A stretch of DNA of 64,000 bases from Rhizophagus irregularis (lineage: Eukaryota), in NCBI RefSeq assembly GCF_026210795.1, contig NC_089435.1, positions 1,240,001 to 1,304,000 of the forward strand. Reading direction: 5' to 3'. The position numbers were made by a program, and so were the translations under genes. The notes under the pieces are model-generated. The model made no database searches. It saw only the letters and a list, made by a program, of their open reading frames with translations, and was not told where the DNA came from. Below are positions 1 through 11,424 of this stretch, in pieces; the stretch's first letter is position 1, and each line of letters begins with the position of its first letter.

Positions 1-2520
1 CATCTTAAGCATGCCATCCCAAGAAAGTGCAGGAGCAGAGACATAATGACTTGGGTCAAGTCCATAATGATGCATCGCTGTCTGTCTAAATTTTGTCCAG
101 ACATCTGCTAGGAGAAGAACATCAGTCTTAAGGTAAAGGTCATGATACTCGCCCAAGTTTTTGCAGCCAAATTCCTTCCAAACTTTTTGTGCATGTTTGT
201 AATTATCCTGAGTGATCTTTCCTCCAAGAGTACTATGAAAGTCATGAATAGATGGGAGTTCTGTCTCCTTGAAACGATCATGTGAATCAATATATTCATA
301 AGGATAAACCCCCTTACGTGTGATTAAGTCAATATGTTCAGACGAGAAGTTGTTGAAGTGTCGCTTTTTAAGGGGTTTATCTGTCCCTAAATTCTTTGCA
401 AGGTTTGCAAGACTGGAAGCCATGAACTGCATGCTATCAATGTACTTGAATTGCCCTACTTTCATGGATTTGTAACGTTCGAATGTCTCTGCAATAACTT
501 TAATTTGATGTGCTCCAATTGATCGTCCAACAGATTCACAAACTAAATGGGAGTCATAGCCACGGAAGTTATGAAATACTACAGGAATTGGAGTCTTCCA
601 TGCTTCGATTTGAAGCTTAAGATTGCATGCATTATGAGCAGCCCCACGAAACTTACCTGTGATGTGGCAGTGATCCCAAACTTTTTTGTCTTGCACGTCC
701 TGATTGAAATTCCCATTACATATCCAACAACTAACTGCTTTAGTGAATTCCTTTTTAGCTTCCTCTGTTACAATACGTTCTACTTTTACTTCTAAAACAT
801 CATTAATCCTTTTTAATTCTTTATCAAGTCTGCTGACAAACTCTTCTGTTGCATTTGGTCCTCGGTATAAGAATGGCCCCCATGTCTCATCAGTTTCAAT
901 CCAGTGGACCATATAGCAGAAGCTGTTAGCCTTTTGCTCCATAATCTTATGCATATTTCCACCATAGTTTTCATTACACTTTCTGTTATCAGCCTCAAAG
1001 TCTGCAATAATTACACATGGGGCATACATTGTTCGGTTAAAATTCTTAAACTCCTCAAAATCATTCTTACCTTTAACTGGTAACTCAACTCTTTGTGGTG
1101 ACTCACCTAATCCAAAACACCATTCCTGATGATTAGTTAAAGATTTAGACGATGGAAAGCTTTGGAAGCACCGATTGCAAAGATGCTTCTTTCCCTTGTG
1201 GGATGTATCTTTGTATATTAAAGCATCAGGATTCTTAATCCAAAGGAAGTGATTCTTCTGACCATACTTTCCTTCATCTGATTTTGTAATATCTGTAAGG
1301 GCCATAAGGTGAATGATATGTTGACGGTTGTAATTCTTACTTGCAATAACAGGTTTTGGAATACCAGTTTTCTCCTCCCATTCCCATACATTAATGGAGA
1401 TCTCAGGATTGAGGTCCTCAATCTTGCTAAATATGCGTGGACAAACAGGAGTGGGCATGGGAATTGCATTGAGATTGACTTGTTCCAAGTATGGCTTAAA
1501 TTTTTCTGCCCGAAAGATTCGCTCAAGTTTTTGTGTATGACCATCTTTATATGCAAAGTAAGCACCTAAAGCCCCTTGCAAACATTTTTCAGAAGGCAAG
1601 CCTGTGTCTGGATCTATGAGATCTTTGTTATCAGGATTGATAGTGCACTTCTTATTTGCAAGTGCCTTAGGTGTAAGAATGTATGAGCCTCCTTTTGCTC
1701 GGCGGTAAGTATACGTCTCAATAGTTAATATATCTATACTAACAATTTTCCAACCAGACCCTCCTTTCATAAATTTGACAATTTTATCCGTGATATCTAC
1801 TGCTGATTTTGTTAAATGATCATCTATATCATTCTTTAAAAGAAGTACACGCATGACTCCTCTATGATAAACTTGCTTATATGTTCCACTATTATCTGTA
1901 TATGTAGCCAATATAGTGATAGCTGATTTGATTTGCCCCTTTTCTTCAAGTTCCCTCTCAAGAATTTCTGTTATTTTCTGGCGGGTATCAGCTATTATAC
2001 TTGGAAAATATGGTATATCTCTAACATTTGGTTTAAGATCAGCTTGCCATACTGTCTTATGTTTTAGAGATTTATGTGGACGTGCAGGATCATGACCTCT
2101 TTTTACAAATTGAATATCACACCATCTTCCTCTATAATCTCCTTGCATATAAGCAAACCATTCATTATCTGTTTGTGGAACTCTTCTTTTTCGTGGAGTA
2201 TATTGATTGTAATCACCAGGTCCTGCTAACCATTTTGCTAGTTCATCAATTGTTAAGTTAGGAGTTTTCTCTGTATGAGCTGGGATAACTTCAGGTGTGG
2301 GATCCTGGAGTTGCTCCGGTTGTGGTTGCAATTGTACAATCTCAGGTGTGGGATCCTGGAATTGCTCCGGTTGTGGTTGCAATTGTACAATCTCAGGTGT
2401 GGGATCCTGAGGGTTAGCTGTAGACTTGCATAGAAACTTTCTATTTTGATGCCCACGAAGCTTTTGTGGAGTTGCAAAAGTCTTTCCACATCTATCACAA
2501 GTTCGATTGCTTGTTGCCAT
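1..2520 (-). CDS. polB: Protein-primed family B DNA polymerase of a Polinton/Maverick (adintovirus-like) element; first 840 codons, 3' part beyond the window
   Basis: Manual translation from ATG 2520 gives no stop down to base 1. Motifs in order: MATSNRTCDRCGKTFATPQKLRGHQNRKFLC (Zn finger), GGSGWK..GGSYILTPKALANKKCTINPDN..EKCLQGAL..HFLWIKN (OTU-like), CNRCFQSF..HQEWC, VIIADFE (Exo I), CWIC..VWDHCHITGKFRGAAHNACNLKL (endonuclease VII-like), VFHNFRGYDSH (Exo II), KYIDSMQFMASSLANL, RKGVYPYEY, YLKTDVLLLADV (Exo III), YGLDPSHYVSAPALSWDGMLKM. Confidence 0.93.
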   Translation of the reverse strand, partial: MATSNRTCDRCGKTFATPQKLRGHQNRKFLCKSTANPQDPTPEIVQLQPQPEQFQDPTPEIVQLQPQPEQLQDPTPEVIPAHTEKTPNLTIDELAKWLAGPGDYNQYTPRKRRVPQTDNEWFAYMQGDYRGRWCDIQFVKRGHDPARPHKSLKHKTVWQADLKPNVRDIPYFPSIIADTRQKITEILERELEEKGQIKSAITILATYTDNSGTYKQVYHRGVMRVLLLKNDIDDHLTKSAVDITDKIVKFMKGGSGWKIVSIDILTIETYTYRRAKGGSYILTPKALANKKCTINPDNKDLIDPDTGLPSEKCLQGALGAYFAYKDGHTQKLERIFRAEKFKPYLEQVNLNAIPMPTPVCPRIFSKIEDLNPEISINVWEWEEKTGIPKPVIASKNYNRQHIIHLMALTDITKSDEGKYGQKNHFLWIKNPDALIYKDTSHKGKKHLCNRCFQSFPSSKSLTNHQEWCFGLGESPQRVELPVKGKNDFEEFKNFNRTMYAPCVIIADFEADNRKCNENYGGNMHKIMEQKANSFCYMVHWIETDETWGPFLYRGPNATEEFVSRLDKELKRINDVLEVKVERIVTEEAKKEFTKAVSCWICNGNFNQDVQDKKVWDHCHITGKFRGAAHNACNLKLQIEAWKTPIPVVFHNFRGYDSHLVCESVGRSIGAHQIKVIAETFERYKSMKVGQFKYIDSMQFMASSLANLAKNLGTDKPLKKRHFNNFSSEHIDLITRKGVYPYEYIDSHDRFKETELPSIHDFHSTLGGKITQDNYKHAQKVWKEFGCKNLGEYHDLYLKTDVLLLADVWTKFRQTAMHHYGLDPSHYVSAPALSWDGMLKM
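2292..2410 (-). repeat. 51-bp coding tandem repeat (~2.3 copies) in the polymerase N-terminus
   Basis: Encodes DPTPEIVQLQPQPEQ(F/L)Q twice plus a partial third copy; frame preserved. Confidence 0.9.
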
Positions 2521-2658
2521 ACTGGTTGTGTACTAATAACCTAAAAATTTTTTTCTTCAATTAATAAATTCTAAAATGTTTCCCATCTTATTACTATCAA
2601 AATCGGTATGAAAATAGGCTTCGTCAAAGAATCAGAGCAATTTATGATTAGGGTTAAA

Positions 2659-3087
2659 TTTTGGTTAGACTTTATTGTCCCAGATTTTTTCGTATTGCAG
2701 GGGAAGCTTTACAATATGTCTAGTTGTCTTCCTGCTGTATATTTTTTGGTTAGACCTCGGACGGATTTTTGGTTAGACTTTTGGTTAGACCTGTTGTCCC
2801 AGATTTTTTCGTATTGCAAGGAAAACTTTACAATATATCTAGTTACCTTCCTGCTATACATTTTTTGGTTAGACCTGGGTCGGATTTTTGGTTAGACTTC
2901 GCTGTCCCAGATTTTTTCGTATAGGAGGAAAAGCTTTAAAACATATCTAGTTGCCTTCCTGCTATACATTTTTGGTTAGACCTGGGTTAGATTTTTGGTT
3001 AGACTTCGCTGTCCCAGATTTTTTCGTATAGCAGGAAAAGCTTTACAATATGTCTAGTTGCCTTCCTGTTAAAAATTTTTGGTTAGA
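2659..3087. repeat. Subterminal tandem repeat, ~108-bp unit, 4 copies, rich in TTTTGGTTAGAC
   Basis: TGTCCCAGATTTTTTCGTA recurs at ~2676, 2795, 2903 and 3010. Confidence 0.9.
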
Positions 3088-3165
3088 GCATGAATGGCTT
3101 AAATTATCGAATGAATCCATTTTAGAGTATCATAAAAATAGTATGCCACAATGGATTGCTGAATC

Positions 3166-3212
3166 GTGCTATCAGTATTACAGACACTTCGTGTCTGTAA
3201 TACTGATAGCAC
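3166..3212. repeat. Perfect 22-bp inverted repeat with 3-nt loop
   Basis: GTGCTATCAGTATTACAGACAC-TTC-GTGTCTGTAATACTGATAGCAC. Confidence 0.97.
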
Positions 3213-3500
3213 TTATAAAGGCAATCTGATATAGCATAAAATTATGATACCCTGGAATAGATCCATGTGTGGTAATAATGTTTAGGAATATATGATTTTA
3301 ATCTTATCTACAACGTTTGGGGTTCTTTTTAGCTATCAAGTAATAACATATCAGGAATCAAGGTTAGGTGGTCTGGGGATAGAAAAATAGGTATAGTGTT
3401 ATCATATCAGAAAACAAAGCTAGGTGGTCTGAGGGTACACTAAATTATGGTTAGACCTATGTGATAGCCGCTGTCCCAGAACCCCCAAGTTTGTCCTACT

Positions 3501-5900
3501 ATCTATTACTAAAAAAAATCCAAAGATTTTTTTATATGCATCTATTAGCAATATCAATCAATTATTATTAAAAAAAATCTCAAATAAATTTATTATATCT
3601 GTCTATTTTACTACCAATAAATTTGTCATTAAAAAGATCTCAGAAATTTTTTTATACTAATCTATTGAATCTATTGTTATTAGAAAAGTCCCAGGGAATT
3701 TTTTTAGATCCATTATATTATACCAATTTATTGTTATTAAAAAAATCTCTAAATAATTAAAACAAATAAAAATATTAAATAAATTAGCATATTTTTTATT
3801 ATTTATATATAATTAAAAATAATAACAATTACTCCTTTTTTTAAATAATACCATTATTTAACATTTTTCTATATGCAATTTTACAATTACTAGTATTTAA
3901 ACAACTAAGGATATAAATTCATAATGATGGCATGTAAACAATTTACTCTAATCTAGTATTTAAAATATCATCAACTATGTCAATAGGATTAAATTCTATA
4001 TTTCTTTATAGTATTAGGTATATTTAGTTCTTCACACAATCCATTTTCTCCATCCTGAAAGATTGGATTTTGTAAATCTATAAAATCTTAGTAGTAGTAT
4101 ATGGCGATGTGTTAAATTTCGAATTTAAAAAATTTAAAAGCAGTTTTCAAATAAAAAAAAAAGTTTATATTAATGTTAAGTATATTAAGTTTAAAAGTAG
4201 TTACAATTATATAAAGTCTAAAAAATATAAAAGTAATTACATAAAAAGTTCAAGTCTAAAAGTCTAAAAATTCCATATGGCAAAAGTCATTTATGGCACC
4301 ATACAACAATGTGACAGGATGGTCGGGATGTTGAAAAAAATGACATAACTACCTAAGGTTCAAAAGTCTGCACCACTACTAAAAAACAATCATTAACTTA
4401 ATAAGTTAATAATAGTCTATTACCAATCTACTGTTATTAAAAAAGAGTCTCAAGAATTTTTATTATATCTATTTATTGTCTACTGGTATTAAAAAAAAAA
4501 TTACCAAAACTTTTATCATATCTATTGTTATTAAATAAAAAAAAAATCACAGAAAATTCTATATCTATATATAATACTATAAAACCCCAGAAAATTTTTT
4601 TATATCTATCTATTGTATTATACTGATCTATTGTTATTAAAAAATGATTCCAAAAATTTTTTATACTTATTGTTACAGTATTGTTACTAAAAAAAATATC
4701 AGAACAAAGAATTTTCCATCTATTATATTCTGATAGAAAACTTATTTTACCAAATTATTTTTTTTTTACCAACCTATTATATTAAAAAATTCCAGAAAAT
4801 TCTTTTTTATACCATACTGATCTATTGTATTAAAAAAAATCCCAGAAATTTTTTTTGTATCCATTATACTATATTGATCTATTGACTCTAGTCTACTTTA
4901 GAATTAATTGATTGGCATTTTGATCACAAAAACTAAAAACTAACAAAAATTTGCGATTAAAGTTCAATTTTGAGCAGATGATTTATTGATCGTGATAAAC
5001 TATTAACCAACCAATTAATTAGTATTTTGTTGTTTTTGTTTATTTCTGTCAGTATTATCTACTTGATCAAAACGATCTACGTTTTTGGTGGTTCACGTTG
5101 AACGGTCAGTTGGTCATAATTTTTAGTGTAACAGGACCCCGAAATATACATAAAAGGGTCAGGTCAGAGTTTGCGTATAATGAGCCAAAAAAATCATGTA
5201 GATCATTCCTTTTATGGATAATTCCAGTCAAAATAATATTTCCTAATTTAGATAATGGCTGAAATTATCGTAATTCTGGCCCTGAAAGAATGCGTATTTT
5301 GGACCACTTCTGGACCTGACCTCTACATATATATTTCGGGGACCTAGTGTAACTGATCAAAAATCACGATCAAAAGTAGAAAAAAAAATTCAGAAAATTT
5401 CTTTATATCTATCTATTATATATACTATACCAATCTATTATTAAAAAAAATCCCAGGAAATTTTTTATATCTATCTATTGTATTATCCTAATCTATTGTT
5501 ATTAAGAAAAGATTCCAAAAAATCATTTATACCTATCTATTCTACTATACTCATCTATTTTTACTAAAAAAAAAACACAAAGAATTTTCTCTCTATTATG
5601 CTATACCAATTAATTTGTCATAAATCTCAGAAATTATTTTTTTACCAACTTATTGTATTAAAAAAATTCCAGCAAACTTTTTATATCTATCCATTATTCT
5701 ATTGACTCTATTGTTAAAAAAAATCTCAAAATATATTTATACCAATCTATTATTAAAAAAATTCCAAAAAATTTTTTATATCTATTCATTTTACTATACC
5801 AATCTAATATAAAAAAAATCCTAGAAAAATTTTTTTATATCTATTTATTGTATACACTGATCTATTCTTATTAAAAAATGATTTCAAAACTTTATCAGTA
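3501..5900. repeat. Degenerate AT-rich minisatellite tracts (ATCTATT..ATTAAAAAAATCCCAGAAAATTTTTTAT), interrupted by other sequence
   Basis: Motif recurs at 3501-3750, 4420-4890 and 5380-5880. Confidence 0.7.
5133..5345. mobile_element. MITE with AGG..CCT termini and 8-bp TSD (copy 1)
   Basis: TIR AGGACCCCGAAATATA / TATATTTCGGGGACCT; TSD AGTGTAAC at 5125-5132 and 5346-5353; homologue at 50289-50512. Confidence 0.88.
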
Positions 5901-6149
5901 AGTTTCAAAGCAAAAAAGTGCTTTGAGCTTTTTTTAAAAAATTAAATTAATATTTTTTTGTTGTTTATTTGAATTAATAAATACCACTTTCCTATACTAA
6001 ACATATAAGTAAAAAAATTTTAATATTTTTTTTTTATATTAACCAAATTAATTAATCAGCTATGATCAGTAAGATTATTAATATTATTATTGAATCAACC
6101 TCTAATTTTTAGCATAAATTTTATTTTCAGCATAAAACTCACAGATCCA

Positions 6150-7100
6150 AATGCACACTATTTTTTTATTAAAAAAAATGGATCATCAGATTTTTTAATA
6201 AAAAAATTGGTTCATTTTTATTAAAAAAAAATCAGTTTTTTTTGTTAAAAAAAAACATCAACATACCGATTTTTTTAACAAAAATCATTTCATTTATTAA
6301 AAAAAAATCAGTTTTATTAAAAAAAAATCGGTAGTCTATTTTTTCATTAAAAAAAAACTGATATACCAATTTTTTTTGTTCATTTTTTATTAAAAAATGA
6401 AAAAATCATCAGATTTTTTAATAAAAATCAGTTTTTTTCATTGAAAAAAACTGAAATACCAGTTTTTTTTAATAAAATCGGTTCATTTTTTATTAAAAAA
6501 TGGATCATTAGATTTTTTAATAAAAAATTGGTTCATTTTTATTAAAAAAAAAACTAAGACCGATTTTTTTAAAATCAGTTCATTTTTTATTAAAAAAAAT
6601 TGGTCTATTTTTCATTAAAAAAACTGATATACCGATTTTTTTCAATAAAAATTGGTTCATTTTTATGTATTAAAAAAAAATCGGTCTATTTTTTCATAAA
6701 AAAAACTGATATACCAATTTTTTTTAATAAAATTGGTTCATTAACACAGATAATCATTCGCATATTTTCTGCAAAAAATGGATATTCCAATTTTTTTTAA
6801 TAAAATCAGTTTTACTTTCATTAAAAAAAAATTGGTAGTCCAATTTTTTAATAGTTTTTAACTGATATACTGATTTTTCTTAATAAAATCAGTATTATTT
6901 TCATTAAAAAAATCGGTAGTCCGATTTTTTAATAGAATCAGTTTTTTTACTAAAAAAAAAACTTATATACCGATTTTTTAATAAAATCGGTTTTACTTTC
7001 ATTAAAAAAAAATCAGTAGTCCAATTTTTTAATAAAATCAGTTTTTTTATTAAAAAAAACTATATACTGATTTTTATTAAAAACCATGATAGAACGATTT
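6150..7100. repeat. Degenerate poly-A/poly-T minisatellite (TTTTTTATTAAAAAAAATCGGT-like), possibly the interior of a decayed MITE
   Basis: Dozens of variant copies; the ORF 6600..6800 in it is spurious. Confidence 0.7.
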
Positions 7101-7479
7101 TTTTATTTTTTTATTAATATAATCTGATTCGGACCTATCAGATCGGACACCAGTTCGAATCAGAACAAATCTTAATCCAATCCGTTCTATGCGGAATCTT
7201 AGCTGTAATGCTGGAAAAATTTAGATCAGATAATCAGATCAGATAATCTTTTTTTACTTTGATGAAGTAAATGGTGAGTCTCGTAATATTTTATTACGAA
7301 ACTCTAATTTTTTTTCTAAAAAAATTTGAAACTTTTATTTTAAAAAACATTTTTACCATTTTATATAATATATTATAAGTATTTCAACTTGTAAAGTTAC
7401 AGGTATTTTGTACAGTTAATAGTACACAAGTTTTTAAATTTTTTTTACTTTCTCATATTGATTTTTTAACTTCAGGTTA

Positions 7480-10400
7480 TAATTTCATCATTTTAGCCAA
7501 ATAAAATCAACTTTCTGCAGGATTGAAACTACTTGAATATTAACTATCATGTATATAGGTGTAATACTTGAGAAAAAGTTGCATTTTTCTTGATGATATT
7601 AACTCTCTTTTCTGTTTTTTAATTTAGAGCGTATTATTTCCATTTTGGACAAATGAAATCAACTTTATTTATTAATTGAAAGTTGTTCAGGCAGGTTGAA
7701 ACCACTTGAATATTAATTTTCATGAATGTAATTGTAGTGTTTAGAGAAAATTGCATTTTTCTTGATAATATTAACTCTCTTTTCTGTTTTTTAATTTAGA
7801 ACGTAATATCTCCACTTTAGTCAAATGAAATCAACTTCCTTTATTAATTGAATGTTGTTCAGGCAGGTTGAAACCACTTGAATATTAATTTTCATGAATG
7901 TAGGTGTAGTGTTTAAAGAAAATTGCATTTTTCTTGATGATATTAACTCTCTTTTCTGTTTTTTAATTTAGAACGTAATATCTCCACTTTAGTCAAATGA
8001 AATCAACTTCCTTTATTAATTGAAAGTTGTTCAGGCGGCTTGAAACTACTTGAATATTAATTTTCATGAATGTAGGTGTAGTGTTTAAAGAAAATTGCAT
8101 TTTTCTTGATGATATTAACTCTCTTTTCTGTTTTTTAATTTAGAACGTAATATCTCCACTTTAGTCAAATGAAATCAACTTCCTTTATTAATTGAAAGTT
8201 GTTCAGGCGGGTTGAAACTACTTGAATATTAATTTTCATAAATGTAGGTATAGTACTTGATGAAATTGCATTTTTCTTGATGATATTAACTCTCTTCTCT
8301 GTTTTCTAATTTAGAGAGTAATATCACCACTTTAGTCAAATGAAATCAACTTCCTTTATTAATTGAAAGTTGTTCAGGCAGGTTGAAACCACTTGAATAT
8401 TAATTTTCATGAATGTAGGTGTAGTGTTTAAAGAAAATTGCATTTTTCTTGATGATATTAACTCTCTTTTCTGTTTTTTAATTTAGAGCGTAATATCTCC
8501 ACTTTAGTCAAATGAAATCAACTTTCTTTATTAATTTAAAGTTGTTCAGGCGGGTTGAAACTACTTGAATATTAATTTTCATAAATGTAGGTATAGTACT
8601 TGATGAAATTGCATTTTTCTTGATGATATTAACTCTCTTCTCTGTTTTCTAATTTAGAGCGTAATATCACCACTTTAGTCAAATGAAATCAACTTTCTTT
8701 ATTAATTGAAAGTTGTTCAGGCATGTTGAAACTACTTGAATATTAATTATCATGAATATAGGTGTAATACTTGAGAAAAAGTTGCATTTTTCTTAACGAT
8801 ATTAACCCTTTTCTTTATTTTTTAATTTAGAGCGTAATATCTCCACTTTAGTCAAATGAAATCAACTTCCTTTATTAATTGAAAGTTGTTCAGGCGGGTT
8901 GAAACTACTTGAATATTAATTTTCATAAATGTAGGTATAGTACATGGAGAAAATTGCATTTTTCTTGATGATATTAACTCTCTTCTCTGTTTTCTAATTT
9001 AGAGCGTAATATCACCACTTTAGTCAAATGAAATCAACTTTCTTTATTAATTGAAAGTTGTTCAAGCAGGTTGAAACCACTTGAATATTAATTTTCATGA
9101 ATGTAGGTGTAGTGTTTAAAGAAAATTGCATTTTTCTTGATGATATTAACTCTCTTTTCTGTTTTTTAATTTAGAACGTAATATCTCCACTTTAGTCAAA
9201 TGAAATCAACTTCCTTTATTAATTGAAAGTTGTTCAGGCGGGTTGAAACTACTTGAATATTAATTTTCATAAATGTAGGTTTAGTACTTGATGAAATTGC
9301 ATTTTTCTTGATGATATTAACTCTCTTCTCTGTTTTCTAATTTAGAGCGTAATATCACCACTTTAGTCAATGAAATCAACTTTCTTTATTAATTGAAAGT
9401 TGTTCAGGCAGGTTGAAACCACTTGAATATTAATTTTCATGAATGTAGGTGTAGTGTTTAAAGAAAATTGCATTTTTCTTGATGATATTAACTCTCTTTT
9501 CTGTTTTCTAATTTAGAGCGTAATATCACCACTTTAGTCAATGAAATCAACTTTCTTTATTAATTGAAAGTTGTTCAGGCAGGTTGAAACCACTTGAATA
9601 TTAATTTTCATGAATGTAGGTGTAGTGTTTAAAGAAAATTGCATTTTTCTTGATGATATTAACTCTCTTTTCTGTTTTTTAATTTAGAACGTAATATCTC
9701 CACTTTAGTCAAATGAAATCAACTTCCTTTATTAATTGAAAGTTGTTCAGGCGGGTTGAAACTACTTGAATATTAATTTTCATAAATGTAGGTATAGTAC
9801 TTGATGAAATTGCATTTTTCTTGATGATATTAACTCTCTTCTCTGTTTTCTAATTTAGAGCGTAATATCACCACTTTAGTCAAATGAAATCAACTTTCTT
9901 TATTAATTGAAAGTTGTTCAGGCAGGTTGAAACCACTTGAATATTAATTTTCATGAATGTAGGTGTAGTGTTTAAAGAAAATTGCATTTTTCTTGATGAT
10001 ATTAACTCTCTTCTCTGTTTTCTAATTTAGAGCGTAATATCACCACTTTAGTCAAATGAAATCAACTTTCTTTATTAATTGAAAGTTGTTCAGGCATGTC
10101 GAAACTACTTGAATATTAATTATCATGAATATAGGTGTAATACTTGAGAAAAAGTTGCATTTTTCTTAACGATATTAACCCTTTTCTTTATTTTTTAATT
10201 TAGAGCGTAATATCTCCACTTTAGTCAAATGAAATCAACTTCCTTTATTAATTGAAAGTTGTTCAGGCGGGTTGAAACTACTTGAATATTAATTTTCATA
10301 AGTGTAGGTATAGTACTTGGAGAAAATTGCATTTTTCTTGATGATATTAACTCTCTTCTCTGTTTTCTAATTTAGAATATAATATCTCCATTTTGACCAA

Positions 10401-10485
10401 ATGAAATCCTTCCTTTTATTAATTGAAAGTTGTTCAGGCGGGTTGAAACTACTTGAATATTAATTTTCATGAATGTAGGCGAGTA
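7480..10485. repeat. Satellite array, 171-172-bp monomer, ~17 copies
   Basis: ATGAAATCAAC at 7825, 7997, 8169, 8340 etc.; highly similar monomers with recurring variant types; degenerate edges. Confidence 0.97.
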
Positions 10486-11424
10486 CTCGGCAATTTTCAT
10501 GAATTTTCTTTTTATTTTTACTTAAGTAAAGTGTTTACTAATATTTGGTCCTCTTTTTTGTAAGTCCAGTGGTCTATTGGACTCCATTTGTAAAGTATAA
10601 CCATTGAAAACAAAATTTTTTTATTTTTATTTGATAAACATTAAAGCTTATTTTACATATATCATTTTTAACATTTTTTTATATTATAATAAATGAATAA
10701 ATGGAAATTATAAATATTACCCAATTAATAATTAATTTCATTATATTAAACAATATGGACAATTGGACATGACATAAATAAATTTGTGTTAGATTTGTAT
10801 TAAATTTCATTACATATGAATATAATTAAATTTATGATGTACGTGCATGCATGATTCTTAAAATTTACTTTTAATTTAATATACAATTTTTTATAAATAA
10901 TTTTGATTTTTTTTTTGATTTTAAATGTAATATCTATATTTAAAACAATTAAACCATATGCATGAGACTTTTAACAATTTAAATCATGTATTATCAATTT
11001 TATTTATAAATTGATATTTTACAAAAAATAATAATAATTAATCCTTTTAATATTCTAATCATACCCATACATATATGTATATTTATTTATATATTAAAAA
11101 CTCACTGTACCTAAAGTACACTAGTTATAATTTAAATAAAAAACTAAATTAAAGCAATTGCTATTGAACAAACGTGCACTACTTAGTCTTCGAGTAGCTT
11201 GAGTAAATCAGCGCTCTACAGTAAGTAATTTCTGTTATTATAGTTGGTTGGTTAATTGTATTTTGACATTATGATTTGCACTCGAAAGATTTAATTTGAC
11301 CCGACTTGACTTTAGATCGGCACAATATTTACGACTCGAAACATAATCGTTAAGCTAAAAAATAATTATTATTAAATTACTATTATTTTATTTAATCAAT
11401 AAGTAAAAAATTATATGATTATTT

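Larger units (their letters stand above)
1..3500. mobile_element. Terminal segment of a Polinton/Maverick-like element
   Basis: pPolB ORF, visibly higher GC than flanks, subterminal tandem repeats, and a switch to AT-rich minisatellite after ...GTCCTACT at 3500 (minus strand 5'-AGTAGG, matching 5'-AG Polinton ends). The other end is outside the window. Confidence 0.72.

Noticed and set aside
108..2498. Short ORFs listed in the track over 108-2498
   Set aside because: Alternate-frame or antisense shadows of the long polymerase ORF.
6128..7213. Possible MITE bounded by CAGCATAAAAC / GTAATGCTG
   Set aside because: TIR match weak and no TSD found; kept only as a minisatellite.
7480..10485. Regular array as possible CRISPR or coding repeat
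   Set aside because: No unique spacers, 171-172-bp period not consistently a multiple of 3, many stops, eukaryotic context.
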